From positions 320,001 through 384,000 of the forward strand of contig CAWGMQ010000008.1 of NCBI GenBank assembly GCA_963823665.1: DNA of 64,000 nt. The letters run 5' to 3'. This DNA comes from an uncultured Planctomycetota bacterium (GTDB lineage: Bacteria > Planctomycetota > Planctomycetia > Isosphaerales > Isosphaeraceae). Each line of letters starts with the position of its first letter. Positions within the stretch are counted from its first letter, which is position 1. Below the pieces are notes generated by a model. It saw only the letters and a list, made by a program, of their open reading frames with translations, was not told the origin of the DNA and made no database searches. Below, piece by piece: positions 57,254-64,000 of the stretch. Made by a program: the position numbers and the translations under genes.

Positions 57254-57802
57254 ATGCCGGATCTTTCGGTCGAGCAGGAGGCGGTTGAAACTCTGTCGCC
57301 GTATCTGGACCGGCTGCTGGATGCGTATGCGGATGAGTTGAACGAATCGACGCGAAAGCGGAAGGCGTTTTTTGTCTTTCTGTTCGGTGGAATCAGCGGG
57401 TTGGCCGTCGAGCGCGGGCTGACTGCGGAGCAGGCGCAAGCGGTTGCCATCAGTTTGTTTTACCAGGAGCTGTCTATCCCGCCGATGGACGGGCTACGGG
57501 TGGTGGAATTCGGAGTTGAGGCTACGGCGGGCGAGACGCCTTGGTCGTACGCGGCGCAGGCGGGGGTGGATGAGTTCTTCTCGTTTCAGGCTGACCCGGC
57601 GCGTATGCACCGAGCGGACTGCGCTCGGTGCTCGACCGGGCGCCTGAGGTTGATCGGCCGGAGCCGACAAGCTGAACGGCCATTTGGCATTGGTAGTGAT
57701 CGAAGGTGCACATGTCCTTTGGGATGCGGAAGACAAGATGGGGTCTGCTCGCCGCACTGGTGCTGGCTTGCGGCGCGGGAATTGCGGTGTGGCAGGTCTT
57801 GA
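57254..57802 (+). CDS. Hypothetical helical protein, possibly Imm48-like (3' end probably frameshifted; real end about 57650)
   Basis: AFFVFLFGGISGLA..GLTAEQAQAVAISLF recalls Imm48 (from memory). Confidence 0.45.
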   Translation: MPDLSVEQEAVETLSPYLDRLLDAYADELNESTRKRKAFFVFLFGGISGLAVERGLTAEQAQAVAISLFYQELSIPPMDGLRVVEFGVEATAGETPWSYAAQAGVDEFFSFQADPARMHRADCARCSTGRLRLIGRSRQAERPFGIGSDRRCTCPLGCGRQDGVCSPHWCWLAARELRCGRS

Positions 57803-58179
57803 TTCGGTCGAGCCTACGCGGGGCCGTTCCTGCCAACGCGATCATGGTGATCGCCCCTTACTGGTACAACGGTACGTGGGTATTCGACGATCCGGCGGTC
57901 GGGCTGAAGCGCGAGCCGTTTGTCGCGGGTGTACCGGCCATGATCGATCTGCTGGTAAAGGATATTCCGAATGCCAAGGAAGGGTTTCGGCTGACGTTTT
58001 CGGCGAATCCCTTTCCCGGACATCAGAAGAAGCTGACATGGCTGCGCGGGGATTCCGGTGGAAACTTTTACAAGCTGAATGACCCGCCGGTTGAAGGATG
58101 GATCTGCCCGGCGATGTTCAAATATTACAAAACGCCGCCGCCCAATCTTTACGTGCAGGCGGATCCGATCAGGCGGTGA
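57724..58179 (+). CDS. DUF6717-like protein
   Basis: NAIMVIAPYWYNGTWVFDD..GLKREPFVAG..GWICPAMFKYY. Confidence 0.75.
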   Translation: MRKTRWGLLAALVLACGAGIAVWQVLIRSSLRGAVPANAIMVIAPYWYNGTWVFDDPAVGLKREPFVAGVPAMIDLLVKDIPNAKEGFRLTFSANPFPGHQKKLTWLRGDSGGNFYKLNDPPVEGWICPAMFKYYKTPPPNLYVQADPIRR

Positions 58180-58201
58180 ACGATGGATTCGGGAGACGCC
58201 C

Positions 58202-58909
58202 ATGACGGCAACTTTGGGTGACGCGTACCAGCAAGCGCTTGCACGCCGGCGCGCGGAAGAATCGACCGAACTTGCGACGATCAAAATCGAGCCCACGGAA
58301 ACTGTGGGGAACGAGTCCGATTTCGTCGGCATCGCGATCATGGACGAGTGCTCGCACAGCGACATGTACCATGGCCGAAGCACCGAGTTTCGTGTTGAGG
58401 CCGGAGAGCATCTGGTGACGGTGCATTTTGGGAGGCGGTATCGGGTCGCTGGGTATCTGGGACGGGCCAGGGTATCGCTCGCGGTGGTGGTTAAGCCGGG
58501 TGAGCAGCTTGACCTTGTTTATGGCGTTTCGCGCGATTGGATGTCCCCGCAGAGTACGCGGGATTTCTGGCCCCCGTTCTTGTGGGTCACAGGCGGCGTT
58601 CTGGCATTCGGAATCGGGTGGAACGTTTCTCCGCTCTTGCGGGAGGTCATCGCATCGACGACCGCGGCGCTGGGAATACGGCAACCGTGGCGATCTCTCT
58701 TTGGCTTCTTCGTTTCAACGAGAGAGGCAACGGCATTCGCCGCCATGTACGCCTGGCTGATCGTTGGGACAATCGTCCTGAGGATATTCGCGCGGCGGCT
58801 ACGTTTGCGGATGATGAGCGTCGAGAGTCCGTACGTTTTGATGCGCCGGTGCGATCTCGGAAGAGCATTGGCCCGGTCCGAAAAACCATACGTGGACCCC
58901 TTCGAATGA
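58202..58909 (+). CDS. Hypothetical membrane protein
   Basis: Two hydrophobic helices; ATGA overlap with the next gene. Confidence 0.6.
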   Translation: MTATLGDAYQQALARRRAEESTELATIKIEPTETVGNESDFVGIAIMDECSHSDMYHGRSTEFRVEAGEHLVTVHFGRRYRVAGYLGRARVSLAVVVKPGEQLDLVYGVSRDWMSPQSTRDFWPPFLWVTGGVLAFGIGWNVSPLLREVIASTTAALGIRQPWRSLFGFFVSTREATAFAAMYAWLIVGTIVLRIFARRLRLRMMSVESPYVLMRRCDLGRALARSEKPYVDPFE

Positions 58910-59679
58910 GCGATACCCTTCTTGTCGAATCCGAGGGCGGCATTGTCCGGTTGACGCTCAACCGCCCCGAGAAACGAAATGCGCTTTCGCTAGAATTGCT
59001 CACACGGCTCGAAGGCGCGATTGAACGGATCGCGGCCGATCCGGACGCGCGGGTGGTCGTGCTGGGATCGCGCGGGCCGGTGTTCTGCTCGGGGCATGAC
59101 CTGGCCGAGATGGTCGGGCGGAGCGAGCAAGACTATCGGGGGCTGTTCGACCTTTGCACGCGGGTGATGCTGGGATTGCGGCGGCTGCCGCAGCCGGTGA
59201 TCGCGCGGGTGCAGGGAATTGCAACGGCCGCCGGATGCCAGCTCGTGGCGGCTTGCGACCTGGTCGTTGCTGCCCAGGAGGCAACGTTTGCGACCCCCGG
59301 CGTCAAGATCGGGCTGTTTTGCACCACGCCGATGGTGCCGCTCGTCCGCGCAGTGCCGGCGAAAGCCGCGATGGAAATGCTCCTGACGGGCGAGGCGATC
59401 CCGGCGGGGCGTGCGCTGGAGCTAGGGCTGGTGAATCGCGTGGTTCCGAGCGGTGAACTGGATGCGGTCATCGCGCAATGGACCAAGGTGATCCTGTCGA
59501 ACAGCCCGCTCGTCGTCCGGACTGGAAAACACGCGTTTTACGCAATTGAGGGGCTCGACGAGGCGGCTGCGTATGATTGCGCGGTGCCGATCATGACGAG
59601 CAACGCGCTCTACTCCGATGCCCAGGAGGGGATCTCGGCATTTTTGCAGAAGCGGTCGCCGCGGTGGACCAATTCATGA
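58906..59679 (+). CDS. Enoyl-CoA hydratase/isomerase family protein
   Basis: [43 protein letters not shown]. Confidence 0.93.
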   Translation: MSDTLLVESEGGIVRLTLNRPEKRNALSLELLTRLEGAIERIAADPDARVVVLGSRGPVFCSGHDLAEMVGRSEQDYRGLFDLCTRVMLGLRRLPQPVIARVQGIATAAGCQLVAACDLVVAAQEATFATPGVKIGLFCTTPMVPLVRAVPAKAAMEMLLTGEAIPAGRALELGLVNRVVPSGELDAVIAQWTKVILSNSPLVVRTGKHAFYAIEGLDEAAAYDCAVPIMTSNALYSDAQEGISAFLQKRSPRWTNS

Positions 59680-59727
59680 TGGGACGCGGATCGCGGCGGG
59701 ATGCGTGTAGCGAGGGACCACGATTCC

Positions 59728-59755
59728 GGACGGTCCGCAACGGCGGACCCTACGA
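59728..59755 (-). repeat. GTAG-type REP-like palindrome (copy A)
   Basis: ggacggtccgcaacggcggaccctacga is 26/28 identical to 63654-63681. Confidence 0.75.
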
Positions 59756-59885
59756 CTTGGGGGGGTTGCGACAAATTGACGGGGTGCACGCGTGACTTTG
59801 ATTTCGAAATAACTCAATTGCGGGCCAGGGTTTTGTTATAATCGCGTGCATCGAGGTTCTGCTGCTTATTGATGCGGGGGCAGCC

Positions 59886-60530
59886 ATGCGTACCGTGGAC
59901 GCGTTTCTCGATTTTTGCGATCTGGTCAATACGCAGGACTATCATGAATGCTGGTCCATAACGTGGCTCGACACCCTGCGGAACGGGAGATCTCTCGCGT
60001 TGCGCCTGGGTGTGCACACGGGGCTGGACGATATGCCGGACCAGGTCTGGGAAGTGGGCACGCGGTATACGCGCGTGTTCTCGCTGGTCGACTTTGAGTT
60101 CACGGCGTGGACCATCTCAGACGACCACGTGTTGCTCTGGGACGATCAGGAGCCGTTCAACCAGCTTAATTTCCGTGGTCCGGCGTCGAGCCACGGCGAG
60201 ATTCTCTGGGATTTGTTCGAGCGTCATCGGGAGATTGCCGGTCACTGGATTCCGTTCGAGCGGTATATCAATCCCGCGTTTCTCGAGAACCGGCTTTCCG
60301 GCGGGTGCGGAGTTCTCGCCGACGGCCCGGACCGTCTGCTGCGCGAGTATTCGGCGGTGCTCAAGGAAAGCGACCTCGAGCCGTATTTTCCCTATTCACC
60401 GCGTCCGCCTCACTGGTGGGACGATGAGAACCGGCGCTGGGAAGACGGCGACCAGAACCTCTCGGTGCTGATCCTGGGCAGCTCGTCGTATATCGTGGGT
60501 ACCGAGTTCTTCGCGAATCGACTCGAATAA
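59886..60530 (+). CDS. Hypothetical protein
   Basis: 214 aa ATG ORF filling the intergenic space in the operon direction. Confidence 0.65.
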   Translation: MRTVDAFLDFCDLVNTQDYHECWSITWLDTLRNGRSLALRLGVHTGLDDMPDQVWEVGTRYTRVFSLVDFEFTAWTISDDHVLLWDDQEPFNQLNFRGPASSHGEILWDLFERHREIAGHWIPFERYINPAFLENRLSGGCGVLADGPDRLLREYSAVLKESDLEPYFPYSPRPPHWWDDENRRWEDGDQNLSVLILGSSSYIVGTEFFANRLE

Positions 60531-60549
60531 TCGCCGAGCGCTCGACGTC

Positions 60550-61499
60550 ATGCCGATCGACCGATTCGAAGAGCTATATCGTACGGCAGATTCACGCCTT
60601 GGGCCTGAGCCGATTGCTGTTGCCGGCGCAGAGGATGCAACTGTCTTGCAGGCGATGGCCGCAGCGACGCTCGCGGATGGGTGCGACCGATACTGGTTGG
60701 CCCGGAAGCGCGGATTCGATTCGTCGCGTCGGTCGAACAGGTCAACCTGGAGCGTTTCGAGATTCGTGACGCGGAGGGCCCGGCCGTTGCCGCGCAGGCC
60801 GTTGCCGAAGTTCGGTCGGGCGCGGCGCGAGCGCTCATGAAGGGGCAGATTCCGACCCCCGAACTGATGAAAGCGGTGTTGGACTCCAAGGATGGTCTGC
60901 GTACAAACCAGGTGATCTGCCAGATCGTGCTGATGCAAGTGAGGCGAGACAATTGCACCCGCGCGTTTTTGCTGGCCGATACGGGCATCTGTGTGCAGCC
61001 CGGCCTCGACGACCGGATCGACATTCTGGGCAGCGCGGTGGACGTTGCCAGAATGCTCGGCGCAAAGAAGCCCAAGGTGGCGCTCATGGCCGCGACCGAG
61101 ACCGTGAAGGCCTCGATGCCGGAGACGGTGGAGTGGGCCGAGTTGACGCGCCGCGGACGGCTCGGTGAGTTTGGCGATTGTGTGGTTGAAGGGCCGCTTT
61201 CGTTTGATCTGGCTTTCGCGGTGGATGCGGGAGCGAAGAAGCACGTCGAGAGCGAGGTTGGCGGCGCGGCGGACGTCATGCTCTTTCCGAATTTGCTTTC
61301 CGCGAACCTGACCGTGAAGGCGATCATGTACACGGCGGAGTGCCGGTTTGGCGGAGTGCTTCGCGGAACCAGTGCGCCTGTCGTTTTCATGTCGCGCGCG
61401 GACACGACCGAAACACGGCTCAACTCGCTCGCGTTTACCTTGCGCATCCTCGATGAAGAGCGGAGGCGAGTTCATCTCGCGGGCAAAGCTTTGACGTAA
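60550..61499 (+). CDS. Phosphate acetyl/butyryltransferase family protein (frameshift about 60680)
   Basis: IAVAGAED..; ALMKGQI; VEGPLSFDLA; DVMLFPNL..N; PVVFMSRAD. Confidence 0.88.
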
Positions 61500-61511
61500 A
61501 GGGGGCAGGCG

Positions 61512-63650
61512 ATGCGAGTGCAGCAAGTGGCGACGTGGCTCGTTCTCGTCCTGGGCGCGGTTCGGGCGATCGGAGGCCGGGACGTCATCGCTGCCTCCGA
61601 TGAAGGTGCCGCAAACGTAGCAAGTGCCGTTGAGCCGGCGCCTTCGGACACACTCAAGCGCTACCTGCTCGCCCAGGCGAAGGTCCACTTTGACGCCCGG
61701 CGCAAGGCGATCGCAGCCATCAAGACACCGGCGGACGTGGACCGGCGGAAGCAGGAGCTGCGGGCATTCTTTCTCAAGTCACTTGGCGACCTGCCCGAGC
61801 GAACGCCACTGAATCCACAAGTCGTGGGGAAGCTCGAGCGCGATGGCTACCGGGTGGAAAAAGTCATTTTTGAGAGCCGCCCGCGGCACCACGTCACGGC
61901 CAATCTGTACGTGCCGCAAGGGCAGGGGCCTTTCGCTGGCGTGCTGGTTCCCTGCGGGCATAGCGACAATGGCAAGGCGGGTGAGACGTATCAGCGAATC
62001 TGCATTCTTCTGGCGAAGCACGGAATGGTGGTGCTCTGTTACGATCCGATCGGGCAGGGCGAGCGATTCCAGATGCTGGACTCAAGCGGCAAGCCGGTGA
62101 TCCGGGGCACGACCGAGCACACGATGGCGGGCATCGGCGCGCTCTTGATCGGCCGGGAACTCGCGAGCTATCGGATCTGGGACGGCTTCCGCGCACTCGA
62201 TTACCTGGCGAGCCGGCCCGAGGTTGATCCCAAACGACTGGGCTGCACGGGCAACTCCGGGGGCGGCACGATGACCGCGTACTTGATGGCGCTTGATGAC
62301 CGGATCCGCGTGGCGGCGCCCTCGTGCTACATCACGACGCTCGAGCGACTTTTCGAGACGATCGGTCCGCAGGACGCCGAGCAGAATATCACCGGCCAGG
62401 TTGCGGCGGGTATGGAGCATGCCGACTTTATCACGATGCGGGCGCCCGAGCCGACGCTCTTGTCGGTTGGCACTCGCGACTTCTTTGACATCCGCGGGAG
62501 CTGGGATACCTATCGCGAGGTGAAGCTGATTTTCGGGCGGATGGGGTATGGGGAACGCGTCGATCTATTTGAGTCGGATGAGGAGCATGGATTCACCAAA
62601 CCACGGCGCGTCGCGGCCGCGCGCTGGATGAGCCGCTGGCTGCTCAAGCGCGACGAGGCATTTGACGAGCCGGAGTTTCCGATTTCGACCGACCAGGAGC
62701 TTCAATGCACGCGGAGCGGGCAGGTGCTTACGGATTTCCACGGGCTATCGGTGTTTGATCTCAATCGGGAGCGGGAGCATGAGCTGCGGAAGGTGCGGGA
62801 GGCGGCTGGTGCCAAGCGAACGCTGGCGGAATTCCGGGCGGAGGTGAAGAAGAGATTGGGGCTTGGTGAGTGGAGGGCGAGGCGGTTGCCGATGAAAGTT
62901 TCGGAGATGCCGCTCGGGGTCTTCACGCACAGCGGGGTCCTTACGTTTGATGTTGAACCGGGATTCGAGATTCCCGCCGCCGAGTGGAATAACGGAGAGA
63001 TCGCTGCGAATTCGCCGACCGCGATCATTGTTGGCTGGGCGTCGGGCTATCCGAAGGAGCCGCAGACAGAGCTACCGGATTGGCTTGGTGGCAGGGGAAT
63101 CCGACATATTCGATTCGGGACGCTCGGCGAGACACTTGGGACCGCGACAAGAGGCGATCCGCGCCCTGAATCCCCTTTCGGCAAAGACTGGCGGGAGGCG
63201 TTCATGGCGCTTTCCATGGACAAGCCTCTCCTCGGCCAGCGTGTGGCCGATTTGCTGAATATCCTCGAGACGCTCAATGCCGAAGGAGGCGGAAAGAACT
63301 CCGCGGGATTCCATGTTGTGGGACTGGGGCCGCTGGGACCTTTGGTGCTACACGCGGCGCTGCTTGATGAGCGCGGGCTGATCAAGAAAGTGACGATTCA
63401 AGACTCGCTGGTGTCATGGTCGAACATCGTGGAGAAGGGACTCAGCCGCAACCAGATGAGCAACGTTCTGCCGGGGGTGCTCACTTCGTATGATTTGCCT
63501 GACGTGGCGGCAGCGATAGCGCCGTTGCCGCTTGCGATCGTCGACGCGGTCGATAGCGAAGGCAAGAGGCCGGGGGTCCACACGGTGCGAGAGATTTATG
63601 CGGGGTGCTTGCAGAAGTATGGGGCGTCCGGAGCGATTGAGATTCGGTGA
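61512..63650 (+). CDS. Secreted alpha/beta hydrolase (acetylxylan esterase-like, tandem domains)
   Basis: Signal peptide; PCGH, YDPIGQGER, GNSGGG nucleophile motif, EEHG. Confidence 0.85.
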   Translation: MRVQQVATWLVLVLGAVRAIGGRDVIAASDEGAANVASAVEPAPSDTLKRYLLAQAKVHFDARRKAIAAIKTPADVDRRKQELRAFFLKSLGDLPERTPLNPQVVGKLERDGYRVEKVIFESRPRHHVTANLYVPQGQGPFAGVLVPCGHSDNGKAGETYQRICILLAKHGMVVLCYDPIGQGERFQMLDSSGKPVIRGTTEHTMAGIGALLIGRELASYRIWDGFRALDYLASRPEVDPKRLGCTGNSGGGTMTAYLMALDDRIRVAAPSCYITTLERLFETIGPQDAEQNITGQVAAGMEHADFITMRAPEPTLLSVGTRDFFDIRGSWDTYREVKLIFGRMGYGERVDLFESDEEHGFTKPRRVAAARWMSRWLLKRDEAFDEPEFPISTDQELQCTRSGQVLTDFHGLSVFDLNREREHELRKVREAAGAKRTLAEFRAEVKKRLGLGEWRARRLPMKVSEMPLGVFTHSGVLTFDVEPGFEIPAAEWNNGEIAANSPTAIIVGWASGYPKEPQTELPDWLGGRGIRHIRFGTLGETLGTATRGDPRPESPFGKDWREAFMALSMDKPLLGQRVADLLNILETLNAEGGGKNSAGFHVVGLGPLGPLVLHAALLDERGLIKKVTIQDSLVSWSNIVEKGLSRNQMSNVLPGVLTSYDLPDVAAAIAPLPLAIVDAVDSEGKRPGVHTVREIYAGCLQKYGASGAIEIR

Positions 63651-63653
63651 GAG

Positions 63654-63681
63654 GGACGGTCCGCAATAGCGGACCCTACGA
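63654..63681 (-). repeat. GTAG-type REP-like palindrome (copy B)
   Basis: ggacggtccgcaatagcggaccctacga. Confidence 0.75.
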
Positions 63682-63694
63682 ACCGGGAGGCAGC

Positions 63695-64000
63695 ATGAAC
63701 CGTTCTGGGATGGGCGCGCTCGGGGTGATCCGGATGGGGCTCGGGCGAGCTGCACTCGCACTCGTGTCGTGCGCGATCTTGTTCGGCATGGTGAATGGGG
63801 CCGCGGCTCGGGGGTTTTGGCAGCAGCCGGCCACGATCGATTTTCGGCAGCCTGAGCGGCAATATGAGGGTGTGAAGCTGGTGGATGCCAAGTACGGGGA
63901 AGTGACCGTTTCGGTCGAGAAACAACTGAAAGCCGAGGCCCCTGCCGTTTCCAAGCGCGCGCTGGCGCGGCTCAAGACCATGCGGGCGAAGGCGCTCGAG
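63695..64000 (+). CDS. Secreted hypothetical protein, 3'-partial
   Basis: GGAGG RBS, signal-peptide-like N-terminus, open to the window end. Confidence 0.6.
   Translation, partial: MNRSGMGALGVIRMGLGRAALALVSCAILFGMVNGAAARGFWQQPATIDFRQPERQYEGVKLVDAKYGEVTVSVEKQLKAEAPAVSKRALARLKTMRAKALE

Noticed and set aside
5040..60700. Programmed frameshifting or phase variation as the cause of the many split genes
   Set aside because: Shifts occur in unrelated genes, including housekeeping ones (SGNH, phosphate acyltransferase), often at short homopolymers and with no shared slippery motif. Sequencing indels are the simpler explanation.

Overview
High-GC window that looks planctomycete (Isosphaeraceae-like). 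This is inferred from the dockerin/CARDB/RHS giant protein, the PEP-CTERM gene and the GTAG-type REPs. It has four parts. (1) 1-27.5 kb: the 3' 26.7 kb of one giant secreted gene (about 8,900 aa in the window, split by three apparent 1-nt indels). It carries CARDB, Ig-like, two DUF6531/YD modules and a full RHS core. A low-GC, toxin-like cargo sits inside the protein, followed by a HExxH domain, adhesin repeats and a C-terminal dockerin. The next gene encodes a cohesin-like PEP-CTERM protein, suggesting a cohesin-dockerin tether for a giant RHS protein. (2) 27.7-34.5 kb: a hybrid histidine kinase, a PHP-like hydrolase and hypothetical genes. (3) 34.6-54.1 kb: an integration hotspot at tRNA-Met(CAT). 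It holds a 14.1 kb satellite-like element bounded by an exact 52 bp direct repeat (integrase, XRE HTH, primase, DUF3987, two Xis/AlpA-like HTHs, a TerS-like gene, cargo) plus older decayed remnants. The integrase ORF runs through the att site, and a start-less conserved coding tail lies just inside the opposite end. (4) 54.1-64 kb: housekeeping and metabolic genes (ettA, SGNH hydrolase, enoyl-CoA hydratase, phosphate acyltransferase, alpha/beta hydrolase). Many single-base frameshifts across the window suggest uncorrected sequencing indels. All family assignments come from recognising motifs by eye, not from database searches.
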